Shown here piece after piece: positions 13,201 through 27,343 of a stretch of 64,000 nt of DNA. Position numbers and translations under genes: made by a program. The notes below the pieces were generated by a model. That model saw only the letters and a program-made list of their open reading frames with translations, made no database searches and was not told where the DNA came from. This DNA is from Balanoglossus misakiensis (lineage: Eukaryota > Animalia > Hemichordata): the NCBI GenBank assembly GCA_040954595.2, contig CM082593.2:1312901-1376900 (forward strand), in the 5' to 3' direction. Positions within the stretch are counted from its first letter, which is position 1, and every line of letters begins with the position of its first letter.

Positions 13201-16200
13201 TCCCCTGTGACTTCCTCTCGTGGGGGTAACACTCTTACCCGTCGGAGATTTGATATCAAGATCTGTGCTGGTGACATCGTCACTGCACAATGGTGCAGTT
13301 GGTCAACTCTTACATCAAGTATGACCAAGGGATGTCTTCTGAGGATAGGAATTGTATAATATAATTCTTACTTATTGATTGAATCTAGCTCTTGAGATTT
13401 AAAAGTCTGGGCACAGTAACCGCAAGTGGGTTTGCTTCAAGATATGTATTGGGAAATGTTTGTATCTATGACACCTTGCAGGTATTCTTAATTGAAATTC
13501 GTCTTCAAAGAATTGTCTTCGAACTATATAGCATTGATGTTCTACTGAAAATATCACATGCTGAGCATGGTTGCCGTGCTGTCTATTCGTTTTCTGGCGG
13601 ACCTTTAAGGAAACTAACGATCGGTCGGAAGGAGAACTATGATTATGTCTTTTAATTCTGCCCAATGGTGGCCAATTCTACGCGGCCATTCTCGCTGTGT
13701 TGAATTACCACCGATTTACTATCTGTTGGTAATTGATCCCACGAGATGTTCACGAATTTGCAGCGTTGCCTTGGGTTTCATATGGCCTAATTGATTTTGT
13801 GTGATAAGACAGAAATGTAGAATCGTGCAACATCTAGATGTAGGAACCAATCAGCTTGTTGAGTACGGATAACGAAGAACTGTGTCTCATAAATGGAAAT
13901 AGAGCAAACACTGCAATCGGTACAGTTTCTTACTCACAGACTTGCGAAACCCACGAATTTATGCTCGATAAATTAAATATGGTATACAGTCCGTGCAAGA
14001 ATGTGCACTCTGCGCTCAACATTAATGTTAATACATGACTTTAACTACATAATGTACTTTCGCCGCCTGTAGTATACCGGTACGCCTTAGAGACATATTT
14101 TCTGAAAATGATATTCCTCACAAATCTTTTAATTCTTTGATATATTTAAGCATGTGAGGAGTCGTTTAGAAAACAAAGAAGAAACAGGTTATTCACCGTC
14201 ACATCTCATTGTCATATAAGTCACTACTTTAAGTTTTCTTCATAGAGTTAATACAGAGATTGGCGGCGAGACAATTTGCACTCTCATTCAAAATGTTGCA
14301 CGATTATTCTCATTTCGAAGAAAGAATAATCTAAAGCTGCCTTGAGCAAAGGTTTAAGACTTTGATTTCCGAAGCGAATTCTATATATCGTGTATAGGGC
14401 AACCGTACAGACAGAAGACAGGATAGGAAAGACAGATGAAAACAGTTCGATAACGATTGACGTAAATCACAGGGAGTTTTCCCTGTCAGTAAAGGCCACA
14501 CGTCTTCTAATTGATAACACTACACTATGAAGAGGTATATTGGTTTGCGTGGAACCATGCACCCAATGCACACCAGAATTATTCTTCTATTACCTAAATT
14601 CTAAATGTTTCATTCAGCCGAAACCATAAACTGACTTCTGTCATCCATCGACTGTGCACTTTCAATATGCCAATTATCAGTTGCTTCCCTAGAGAAGAAA
14701 TTTCAAACTAACTAATAATTACGGCGACTTCTTTTTATCCCACATTCTTTTTAATAATGCAACCTTTTTCTATGGATCCACTTAATCTGTTAAATTAGTT
14801 TAAAGTTTCACATGCTTTCCATTGTAGCTGTATATTACATTAAGTTCTGAAGTATTCCCGATTTGCGTAATTCTACCATAGCAGAAAATATTTCAAAGGA
14901 AGGTGTTTTGAAATTTCATTTGATTGTACGAAGCGAATAAAATGGCACTATGACAGGACTAACAAGACAACCACAAGAGTGCAGTATCCTTGTCAGACTT
15001 TGTGAAAAGGGTATTTGTAGCCCTTGTTCACTGGGAGATTTGAACTATTTTTTCTTCATTTCCCAAATGACCCAACCTGTCTTGACAAGAGAAATGACAC
15101 GGCAGGTTGGTGGGTGGTTATGTACATGCAGGTAGGTAGATGGGTGGGTGGGGGATTGATTGGTGAACTGGTTGATGCATGGATAATTAAACTTCCAAAT
15201 ACGTCCAATTCACTGTTTTACAGTAGTGCAAAGGTAATGGTTGAAATCACCCTTCTCAATGTTGTAAATATACATATTTCTGTTTTATAGAACTAAAAAA
15301 TTCATCAAGAATGATTTTGAAAACAATTCTTGGATCGACATACATGTCTGTCTTCAACCCACCACCTTCATGTAAGTGTTAATATTAGTTTCCATTGATG
15401 TAGGAAATCGCTTCTGGGCAGGAAGACTAATGTATCAATAAATATTCTGTCTGGGTTTGTGAAATGTTGCCCAGTCTATGTTGAATCATCTTGTTAACCA
15501 GCCATATGGTTGAGATTTTTCATACCAGAATGAGTAGTATAGAAATTAAACCATTATTGTGCTATAATATTACCAATTATAGCTTTCCGCTTCAATCAAG
15601 TCGTAAATTAACAAACAATGTCTCCTATAATGAACCATTTTCCAATCATGAAAGACATTGCCAATTAGAGCGAATGCCAATCAAGCTTTTTTAAGATCTT
15701 CTTATAACCTTCTGGTAGACATCACGGGGAATATCAAAGAAGTTACCCATCTATATTATTCACTGCCCGGTGGATAAACCGTATAATTCACCGAAAACGT
15801 GGGCGAAGCTATCACAGAAATGGCAGAGGTTACGTGTTGGCGACTTGAATCACGATCGACCTCAGAGACCTTATACCCTGTCCTGTGGCAATCCTTAATT
15901 GACTATTGTCATTTTCACGTCATATTATACCTCACTATTTTCTCAGAGTAACCAACTCGCATTGTGAATTCACTGCACGAAGGTGTGTCTATATGACAAG
16001 TGGCAATTTATTTTGCTACAAAAAATGTCTGTATTTATGCGTTAATTATGAATATGTACACATGTTGAAAGGATAGGGGAAACTAAGTGTTGGGTATCTA
16101 ATTTCAAATTTTGGAAAAAATTAAAATCTCTGTTATCACTTGTCATGTATAAAAGTTAGGAAACGTGGGTAAGTTGAACTATGTAACAAAACATTAGTGT

Positions 16201-19200
16201 GTTCACATTCTGTGTTTGAGGGAAAACATCACTGTGTCATCATCTGTCGTTCTTTATACCAGGTAGTTTGTCACAATACTGTTCAACTGCACTATTTCCA
16301 GAAGGGTAACCTTAAGTGTGCATTTCGCATCTAATTTCCGAAATTAAAGTGTGGCAAAATGCACTCCGGTAATCGATTTCGAAGCCATCGATACTGGATG
16401 AGTAACTCGAAGACAGAAAGTGACAGTTGGTTCATTATTCAGTGTATCAATTGCCCAGGTTCCATTTTTTATCGAAGGGGAAATTGCAATTGCTGAGCGA
16501 CAGGATTCTCTCAGTGCGCAGACAGATGACAAGCCTCGGAAATATGGCATTAAGCATTCATGTAATCTTGCTATCATATACAGTCAGCTACGATGATCCC
16601 CATTGCAAAGAAGGAAGAACAGACTGGTCTGTTTGTCTTGACGAGCCTAAAATGAAGTTTTTATGTAAATTGCCATAGCTTCAGACCGAATTCCTACAGT
16701 ACAACAGTTTTTTTCCAGGTACAGACAAACTGCTTTGCAAATGCCAATGCTAGAACCCTTTGGGAAAACGTCAATATCGTCAGCACTGATGGAAGTGTGA
16801 TGGCCAGCACATGCACTGAATAGTGTGTCGTTACTTAACGGGAAAAGAATCACTTTGCCAGATGTGAACAGAATATGTGTTACGAGTTTAGAAGGTTGTA
16901 TCTTGCAGTAACCTGGAGATCTGAGACTAAACAAGGACTATACATTGTGGTAAGCTGTGACAGAAAGAGAGCTTAAACTTGGGGCTTTTTAATTAACAAA
17001 AGTTTAAAATGTGTGAAGTTAATAGACCATGAATTTTCACAGAGTGAAAAAATTCCAGTTTTGCTAATTCACCTTCATTTTTATTCATTTCCCATATATT
17101 TTCCAAAGCAAAGGTTTTCAAGGTTGAAAATTCGCACATGGATCATAATTTGCCACAATTTTCATTTCCATGGTAACAATCAATAGCGCACATGTGTGTG
17201 CCCTCTGGATACAATTGTATTTCTTACATGTAAGATGTGCGATCTCGGTGGTTACTGTTGCGCAGTAGTTTCCTCGGCCCTACTACTCATTAACATAAAG
17301 CATGGTCATCAGACATTATACAATTATATATGACCTCGACTGAGTAACTACAAACGTTTGGCGTAGCATGGATATTAAAGTGGAGTTTTAAAGTTAAAAT
17401 TGCAGAAACAGGAGAATCAACCATTGCAAAAACGCTGTGGGTTCCTCACATAAGCAGTAATAAGATGAACCATTAAAAAGTCGCGGAGACACATTATTCA
17501 CATCACAACACCATTCATCACGTGGGACATTTTAGCAGTTGGAAGCAAGCCTTAACAATTCTCTCCAATCAAAAGTAGCGCAAACGTAATGATCGTGGAT
17601 GTGTTAAAGCAAATCTGTTGGATCTCCTTTGGCTTTGAGATGGCATCTACTTTGCTTATAGCAGTTAAGACAGCGAAGCTTTATCAATGAAAAGTCGATT
17701 TACAGGCCCAGATGATTGATCGGCAGCAGAAAGGCGCTTTGATAACACAGATTGCCTGCTAGAGCCAATAGTTAGAAAATTTTAACGTGAGAATTCAAGA
17801 TCTCTACAGAAAGTCACACACGGTAATCAGAGCTTACTTGCTGCAATAGATTTGTTTCCGAGTGGAACGACTTACTCAGCACAGCGAAAGAGCCTATTCA
17901 AGAAACCATTTTCTGTGTGTCAGGCATGCTGTTCAAAGCTTTAACGTCAGGTACTCACGTTAGCACTGCAGGTTTTACAGCAGGCAAATATCGCCAGAAG
18001 TTTTGTAGAATTGAATCTGTGCGTCTCAGTCATGTTTCACACGGAAGTGTCTTGCAGCAAAGCGTTCATGTGCGTCAACACTGTAATTTAATATCGCAGT
18101 GAAAATTGTTAATTCTATTTTGCATTACGAGTTTCCCTAAATACTTCCTACCAATTAAAAGTCAGATTATTATTTTAATGATCATGTCTGCGAAAAAGAC
18201 TTGATCTGACATCAAAGAATTATTAGGTAGCTATGTTTGAACACAATATCTTTTATTAGAAGTTTGACTTAAAAGTTAAGGAGACATGGAAAAAGCTGAC
18301 TGTCTGTCGCTGTGTGAAAGACAATACAGCAAATTTAGGGGATGTTAATTCAAGTCAGCTACTTCATTTTATTGAGTTTAAGTCAATTAATGTCTGGATA
18401 ACGGTCACAAAATACTGACATACTAGTGATTGTTTCTGAGCAATACCTTGGCAACGGTTCAAACAAAGCCAAATTGCGAGCATAGTGGTAGAAAACGAGT
18501 AAGATGCACTGGCAATTCCTTTCGTCGAGGCCTTGAAAGTTATTTGTGCACAATTTTGCAATTATATTAACAATTTGAATAAATCACCCACTAGTCAGTC
18601 TGCTAAATCTTCATGTGGTCCCCCTATTATAAGAATGCCCAATAATTTGTTGGAATTGCTGTCACAGTTTGAGCATTTATTTGCTATTGGTGACGCTGCT
18701 GGGTGTCAGATACAGCCGACAGACCCACAGACAGTCAACTTTCATTTATCAGCATAAAATGCACTGCCTTTACCAGCTGGTGAATCATTCATTAGACTGT
18801 TCGAGGTCGAGGGTGCACTACAAACTGTTTGGAATTCAACAACCCAGTAGTTAATAAAACATCACTTATGAAACAGTTTAAGATATTTGTAGATGACGCG
18901 ACTTTTACTTTCTCCGACTGTTGTTTATTTATTTTTTTACTCCGGATGATCTCTGTGACTCTAAATACAGGAAGCCCATGGAGCGATCTGGTGAACTGTG
19001 ACATATCGACAAAACCAACGGCGAAGCGGATTTATCCCATTAATGACGAGAGTCTTTAGTCAGTGCGCAATGCTAGTTTAAGTGAAGCGCACCGCTTCCA
19101 TCAAAATTCTAAAACATCTTCAGTGAAATGGCATTTTGTCATGCTGTGTCGCGATGATGCGTGTAAAGAATCACTCCACACTCTTTGATATCAGATGTGA

Positions 19201-21894
19201 TATGTAGAACCTTTGCACACACGCAATCTGCATCATAGTATAATGTAATACACGTAGCGCATTCTCTTGCACCATCTGTAAAAATTCAAACAGTAACACG
19301 TGTATATTTTGTTAAAATTCTAGGCGACGTGAAGTGATTGTGTTGCATGCTTTCTACCAATTACAATGCCCTAAACTAGACAATAATCGTATTCATCAAA
19401 AGGAACTTATGTATATTTTATATTTACAAATTTGAGTGAATCTTACATTACAAGTCATATCTCTGAAGGAACAGCAGATAGACATATCAACGGGCACAGG
19501 CAAGCAGGCTGACACACAGACATACTATTTTGTACATTGTGTACATGCAAACAGCTCTCAAATTATGCTCTCTTATATTATTTCTGAATCTGATTGCTAA
19601 ATTCCAAACGCGACACTTGCAATGACCTTGCAGCAATAAATATCAAAATGTATTTCCTGAAAATTGAAATATATTCCCCCATGATAATGTTTGGATCAAC
19701 CTTTTGGCACAAAAGAAGATGTTGACATGAAACAATGGATACCTGTATTTCAAATTGATTGGATTTATAGCACTCATGGGTAACATATGTAATATTCTGA
19801 GAATTTAGTAAGGCTATATGATATGACTGTCATCATTCATAGTCTGTCTTCTATTCCTCACAAACAGTGACTACGAAAGGCTCTGTGATTTTGTATCTGT
19901 TAGGCCTAAATTGCTGAATTCAGATTCCACAGATTTATATAAATTGTGAAGGAATATTTTTACCAATTCGTCACAATATGATATCATTTATTTCTAAGTG
20001 AAGCCTGCTGGGTATCTCGATACAGTTTTACCATGTCTTTCATGATTTTTGGATATATTTCAAAAAGAGAGACAATGATATCTTTTCACGTTAAACACAT
20101 TTATATGGTTTATGTTACAACAACATGAATGACTTTGCAGCATAGCCTGTGTCTATACCCATGTCATGATATTTCATTCCTCATGGGCGATGAAAATCGT
20201 GCCAGGTTGTCTCCCAATCTACGTCCTCGTTTCAAATGCTGTGGGGCATTCTGCAAGAATTGGGACTTTCAGCACATACAGATACGCCTCTGCAAAACCA
20301 TTTTGAAATGTGACAAATCAAGATATTATTTGCTTCATTTCTGTCTTTCAGAGATTGTTAGAGTGAACGGTAGGTTTAACGTCTACTTTGAGTAGCATCT
20401 AAAATGGCTACGATTGACTGCACTCAAAAGGGTTTGAAAATGTTATTTTTTTTATGATAATATATGATTTACCGCTCACTGGAGATCTCACGAGACTTGG
20501 TTAATAACCGTAGCAACGCACTGCTAGCCAAATCGTTTAGGTCGAGCTTTGTATGAAACTATAGAATAGGTGCAGATTTTTAACACAAATTGTAACTTTT
20601 GTGCCATTTAAAACGATGGACCATATGTTGTTTGCCACATGGGAATGTCCCCCCATATAAAATGTTTAGCCACGCGAGATCTCACAGTGTCTCGTGGAGT
20701 TCAGAAAATGGCCTATTACCCAGTCACAGGCTTTGTCGCTAGCGGACTGCACACACCTGCCAGATTGACGTTTAGTAACTCTCTCAATTGAATTAATATC
20801 TGAATAACACTCAGTTGTACAAAGGGTCGACCTTTCACCTAAACCAACAAAGAGAGTTGGCAGATGAAAAGCATTTTTCTAGGAGTGTCAACAACGTCTC
20901 AGACCTGCCAAGAACTCTTGTGCACACGCCAGACATTCAATGCACTATGTACACCGGTTCACCCAGTGAGATGTATATTAATCGTTAATTGACGTTTAAA
21001 TTAAAAGGGAAGTAGGCAGAGTATTCGTGTGGAGACCACTTTAAAGTGGGAAGGGTAATGTTTAGATCCCGCATCGAAAACACTGGCATCAAAACTACAG
21101 TTACTTTAAAATGAAGAAATACCGAGCAAACATTCCTAGAATTTTCAATCTCCAACCCCCTTGACAACAGAGATTATGACTACAAGTTTGTCAAATTGCT
21201 ATATAAGTTTTTTGAAATGAGTGGTTATCTTTAGTCCAGCATCACCAAATCTATTTTGATGTATACAAGTTATGGCTAAGGCTAAAACATTTGCAGAAAT
21301 GGAAAATGAGATAAAAGTCTCGTAGGTGAATAAAGTGCAATGCAAACATGCTAAAATATTGTGGTTTAGTTTATTCGCTTAGTGTATGACTATTTTATGA
21401 TGAGTGGGATGTTTTTCCTTTGACGGATGTTTGTGATCTCACTTAGGGAAGCTGGTGAAAAGATAAATTATTCAGCATGTATTTCAGTTTGTGTCATTTT
21501 CACCATTCTGTTGTTTGCTATGAAACATTGAAACTGCACTAACGGTATCAGGTGTGGAAATATTCTCTAACAATATCATTTATTGTCCCCGTCACCTCTG
21601 TGAATAATTGAAACGACTTAGCCCACTCATTATTTCTACCCCAACAATCGCCCTTCCTTTGCTGGAAATTCAAGAGTAGAATTTCACTTTGAAAGAGAAT
21701 ACTTTGAGCCATGGCTTGTGCACACATGCCTAACATGCAGACAAAGAAGATAAATGTATGTATATATGTATGTATGTATGTATATATGTAAGTGACTTGT
21801 ATGTATGTATGTATGTATATATGTAAGTGACTTGTATGTATGTATGTATGTATGTATGTATGTATGTATGTATGTATGTATGTATGTATGTATG

Positions 21895-21925
<31 letters not shown>

Positions 21926-24900
21926 TTATTTGATCGGATCACAAAGATGAAACTATAAACACTAAACCAATTTAATTATTTGTTCCTTGTAGTAAACAGT
22001 CAAATGCTGTCAATTGCTCCACATTTCCTGTTTCGGGTTAACTCGATCTGATTCGTAGAGGCTAACTTTAGCAAATCGATCATGGCCAGTTACCAAAGTC
22101 AAATTTGACCATTGATGATTGTATCAATCAAACCACAGTCAATTAATCACGCTTGCTTATTAGTTCCGCTCGAGAAGGCGACACGAGACGCCACCATGAA
22201 TTACGACACGGTAATTGTGGACATAAACGGCGGGACTTTCATCTGACAAGCGCAGATGTGCGGTATTGTTGACGTGTGTACATGTATGTGTTTTGTTGAA
22301 ACATTAACATGAATGTCACCCACACGCGACATTCTACAGATTATTTAAACATCACCATTTGACCCATTGAGTTTAAAGCCTCACAATGTAACATGTGCGG
22401 TATAAAACGTCTTAACTCAAGCACATCTGAAATTGTTCAACCTAGTCAATTAATTTATTTTGAATTCTTTCTGTTGTCTTTGTGAGATAAACAACTTGTA
22501 TGTTCCATGCACAAGGCAAAGTGACTTGCAATCTACTGTACAAAGCCACATCGTTTTAGTGTATATCATCCATCTCCTCAGATTCTATCTCTTGGCATAT
22601 GAAGTTATTTTCCAGACGCCGGCAGACGTCTCCACAATCTCAACCATTTTTTTTTACTTTGCCTCTGTAACGAACGTGAATAGAAAGAAAATCATCCCAC
22701 ATTGCTGCCTCCTGATGCGATTATGGAGAATAACGAGGAAGACAGGGCAAAGACTCACAGTATGATCGCTTGATATTTCGGACATTAATGAAAACATACT
22801 GCGCAGTCTTTAGCACCGTGTTTATTTTATTATGATTAATAAGGGGACAAGTATTAACTTCATAAAGGTGTAAACACATCACCCCCATGCACGCTATATA
22901 TTTCATTAGAATCAGTCAGTACTCGCGACACTGACAAATTTTCTCTCGTTTTGATAAAGTGCGTATGTGCAACACACACACAGTGTCTTGTTGAACAGGT
23001 ATTTAGTTGTTTAATCGCGAACACGGGTGTCACTCAGAAATCCTTGTACCAATTTACAGGGAAAAGATCCCTTTAATTCTAGCAAACTCGATCAATCAAC
23101 ACATGTCATGTTTTCCTTCTCCTGTTCATTTGTCATCCTGTGTATCTATACTGTATCTTTGTTCGCGATATCCACAGGCAACAACAACTTCTTCATAAGA
23201 ATGTGCGCTGATACAAAGATAACACTATTATTTCAGGTTGAATAACATGTGATATTATCCTTTTTCAAAGAAACTGCTACTTGAACTGTCGCGATGATTA
23301 AAAGATGCATCAAGATGATCACCTTTAGCATTTTTGCCTTGCTTTTATTCTTAAAGTAAGAATCTGTTGTTCAGTGATTTTGAGCTCTTACATATTGATT
23401 TTAATGCAATGCACTTCTGTGAGGTGGAGAAATCAGTGAAGACCTAAGCTTTAGACACATGATGTGATGAGATTTACAGAGTTGGTTAAAGTTCCCAAAC
23501 ATCAAACGGTGGATATGCATCCCACCCTACCTGTTGCCATACAGAAACTTACGAAGAACGCGTACGTTCATGTCATTGAGTGTTAATGTGAATCCGTCTT
23601 TATCAAACTTGAAAGGTGTACAGGTCGATAAGACGGCATGGGTTTAATTGGTCAGGGAATTCTGCTGAAGCTCTGGGTAATGGAGAAAAACAAGAAAGCG
23701 ACCATATACACATTTGCCTCCCAGGCATCACTCCTACTATCTTACACATATCCCCAAGATGTGATTCTTTTGGTGTTTCACCTTTAAGAAAAGAGCAACA
23801 TCTCATGACGATGGCCATGATGAAAGTGACTTTTTGCGTTTGGAGGCATGGAGCTCTTGTGTGTGTTCATTGTGAAGCACCGCCTTTGCCTTTTGTCTCT
23901 TTCATTGCCTTCGAAGCAGAATTCCATTAACTCAGAATATTTGGCTCATAAACCTTGTCCATGCTCGAAAAAAAAAACTCTTTGGGTTTATTTGTCAGAG
24001 AAAATTCACAAAAATATTCTCCAGCCATAGAATTATGTATAAATGAACTATGATATTTCCATCAGCTTTCAGCCACTTGGAATGTATAAAACCTTTCCTT
24101 TTTTCGTAAAATGATAATTAACACCAAGACACATTTCATGCATGTATATTTCAATAACTTCTTAATCCCTTAAAATTAATCTTTTTGTATATGATTTGCC
24201 TTTACACCACACGCACTTACATTTGGGTGTGAATGGCCAAGACTGAAAAGTAAACAGCATTTGATCGAGAGTGAAAATTCATCTCCTTTGATAAATTCTT
24301 CAGCTTTGCTTTGAATACCAGTGATACTCGGTTGGGCCGAAGTGATAATGGATTTGATATTGATGAAAAGCTCAGCGAAACGTAAAGTGATGAGTGACAT
24401 GTTTTTAATTTTTTTTTGCGGAAGAGAAATGTCCGTCAGAAATTTCTGCACAGCTCATGTTGCATGACGAGTACGCCTACATGAGAGTGTTCCATTACAT
24501 GATCGCAGATGGCGATATGTGATAAAATGTATACAGTTACACAAATTTCAAGGTAGTCATAAACTACATGTATATACATCACAACAAAGCACTCGTCAAA
24601 TCTTATGGTGATGCATGGTAAATTGTCTTGTGAAACTCCAATCTTGAATTTGACTTTAGTCAAGCAACAAACCAATGTTCATATCCATTGGTTCGCTCCT
24701 TGTTGATTTGTATCGACCGAATCCGTGATTAGTGTTCACAGATATTGATTATCCAGTTATTAGGTGCTTATAGCACAGCTTGATGTCTGAACCACTGACT
24801 CAGTCACAGATAAAATCAAAGATTGGAGTTTGACACTAGACAAATACACATTGCAGAACCAGTGTTATTTTCCTTCCAGAGGCCAAACTATTAAAATTGC

Positions 24901-25559
24901 AAAAAGAGGGGATGAATTTATCACACGTTAAATTACTATCTCCTGTGATTGAATGTCTGAATCTTATTTGACTAATGCTGTCAAATTGACCAATTTTCCG
25001 TTTGAATAAAACGAAAAGTGGAGCAAAACTATCAGCAAAATGCTTGCCCGATTTTACCGCAGTGAGAATTTTTCTGTCGACAGGAAGAGTAATCATCAAA
25101 GTCAGTATAATGAAACTAAATCGTCATCAAATTTATATTGTTGGATGATGCTGTCACTCTTAACAACAGTGAATTTATTTTAATGTTTGAAGCTAGTGGT
25201 GTCCAGTTTTTAATATGTCACTGACCACACATAAGTCTATCCCAAATGTCATCTAAATGCTCAGTACAGACTATACACATACGTGTAAATGCTAGGAATT
25301 TCATCATGTGTCAGATAATTTAAACAGGAAACTGCTGTAGATACACAAATCAAAAATACTAAAACCATAGCGAAATGGGATGCTCTCGCAACAAAATGCA
25401 ATAGGTCGCAAATGATGCATGCTGTCAATTCTTTGGGGAGAATATGTGACATATATCTGAGAACATCAGTTATTGTTCTTTACTTCCACTGCATAATGAC
25501 AACAACTTCATGGAGACTTTTTCTAACTGCGTTATTTTTCTGTCTTCTCATATCATCAG
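7238..25559 (+). other. Intron 1 of the KISS1R-type gene (18,322 nt, GT-AG, phase 0)
   Basis: GTGAGT donor and CATCAG acceptor join MQF|VTVQA seamlessly within TM3. Confidence 0.85.
21754..21924. repeat. (TATG)n microsatellite in intron 1
   Basis: Long near-perfect TATG run. The 5' part contains TATATATGTAAGTGACTTG twice. Confidence 0.95.
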
Positions 25560-25695
25560 GTTACAGTGCAAGCAACATGTGGTACCTTGACTGCTCTTAC
25601 AGTGGATCGATACAAAGTCATAACAAGTCCACTTAAGTCAATGGCTAAGCGCACCATCAGAAAAACAATGCTTCTAATAGCAATTATTTGGATTG
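25560..25695 (+). CDS. KISS1R: Kisspeptin-receptor-type GPCR, coding exon 2 (TM3-DRY-ICL2-TM4), 136 nt
   Basis: Branch-like CTAAC, a pyrimidine tract and CAG at 25557-25559. Phase-0 translation VTVQATCGTLTALTVDRYKVITSPLKSMAKRTIRKTMLLIAIIWI-G. The VxVQATCxTLTAxxVDR motif is characteristic of KISS1R. Phase-1 donor G|GTAAGT at 25696. This frame is not in the ORF track. Confidence 0.93.
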
Positions 25696-27343
25696 GTAAG
25701 TGAAAATGCTGCTGAAGGACTTGCTAGTTGTTGAAACCACAGTCAGTCTTTACGTTTATTTGATTTGGCAGTGGTGTCTGAGATATAGATCAACACAGAA
25801 TTGACAGAAAGACTGACAGATAGAAAGCCCAATGAAACCAAACTCCAGTAAAAACAGTAAGGGGCCTCGCCTAATGGGGCTTGGGCCCTAGTAGTAATAA
25901 ACAACACTATTCTAACGGACATTATGTAAGACTGAAAGCCCTAAAATTGTCAAGGCTCAAGTGAATGAGGAACCTTGGACCAGACAGCCAACTAGTCTCA
26001 ACCTAACAGTGTAAATGTAACACGATCGAGCCTTGTCGGCGTAGACCGGTCCGTTACAAGTCCTGATTCGACATACCTCGCGCACGGCAGAACGTGCACT
26101 ATGTGCTGATTGCAGTGTATCAAACTGCTGACCGGCTGACCTGAGCCTTGCGCTCACACAAATACCAAGAAAAACCTCGGAATTACGATCCATAGACAAT
26201 TAAAAATCTCAGAGGTTACAAACAAAGCGTTCCCACAAACGTGGGGAGAGGTTTGGACGAAAATATAAGAAAGATAGAGGTAAAGAAGGAATTCAGATGA
26301 CGACAACCGAGAGCACGAAGCTCACAGTTCAACCGCCATGTCTCTTCTGCCTTGGATGTTGCAACCTCACCACGTGATACAAGCTCCACCCCGATCGTGG
26401 AAATTGACAGTTCTATCCTGCTACAGGGTGTCTCAGTCTGAGAATCAGGAAAAAGTCGCATTTCTTGAGATCCGAGTCTTGAGTACATGCATGGCAATTC
26501 CATAACCCTATTTATATCGTATTTGTTCTTAATGTTGTTAGCAACTTGTCTGTCAAGTGGCCACTATTGTAAATGCTCAAGAACGCAAGCAAAGTGACAT
26601 TCGGTTTATCGCTCTAGCGTGCTGCTCGCCCGATTTTCCATCCAGCGATTTACCGGATCAAATGTTAAACGTACGTGGTGTAACATTCCAACAAAGCCGT
26701 GAAGTTGGCGGCTGCCTTTGAAGGACATCGGCACCGTATGTCAATAATAAAATGTTATCTGCTTCCAATGAGATGAAATGTACTTTGAGAATGAACTCCT
26801 GTGATTACTTGGAAATTGAATATCGACGTTGTTATTATCTTTGGCAAATCTTTAATGTTACTTCGCGCGGAAGTTTATCGGGCACCGCAGTCAGTCTGTT
26901 TTAAATGTGTAAAGGCAGAAAGAGAGAGCCGCTACTACGACTTTACCGCGATAAATCTTATATGTCCATCATGAAATTCTGAGTAGCGGAGTAGCGAACA
27001 GCTACTAAGAATGGAGAGCTAACAATCGTAATCGTAGACGTACAGCGGGCACTTTATCCATTAAGATTTGAACAAACATATTATGACATAAAAACAGGGT
27101 CATGCGACCTACATTATAAAGTTTCCAACAGTTTATTGCATGTGTCTTTTCTTTATGAATGTGAGAGTACCAACATTTACTGAAGTAGCACAGCGAGGTG
27201 TATTTGTTTTGAGTATTCCCACGGGTTGTAAGTTCTTGACGACTGGGAATGCAAATTTTGCCAGCAGACAGATGTGCATGTAGGTAGATAGGCTAACCAT
27301 TCATAAACTTCAACTAAGTAGGCCTACTTCTCTTCTCACTCAG
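25696..27343 (+). other. Intron 2 of the KISS1R-type gene (1,648 nt, GT-AG, phase 1)
   Basis: GTAAGT donor and pyrimidine-rich CTCAG acceptor join IIWI-G|SACL within TM4. Confidence 0.87.

Noticed and set aside
7238-25559. Search for a nested gene, an alternative exon 2 or an RFamide precursor in the 18-kb intron
   Set aside because: By eye I found no second DRY-containing exon, no repeated F-G-K/R motifs and no transposase or reverse-transcriptase ORF. Small exons cannot be excluded without RNA data.
25412-25636. 74-aa ORF with a hydrophobic, signal-peptide-like stretch
   Set aside because: The hydrophobic part is the polypyrimidine tract of the real exon-2 acceptor read in a different frame.
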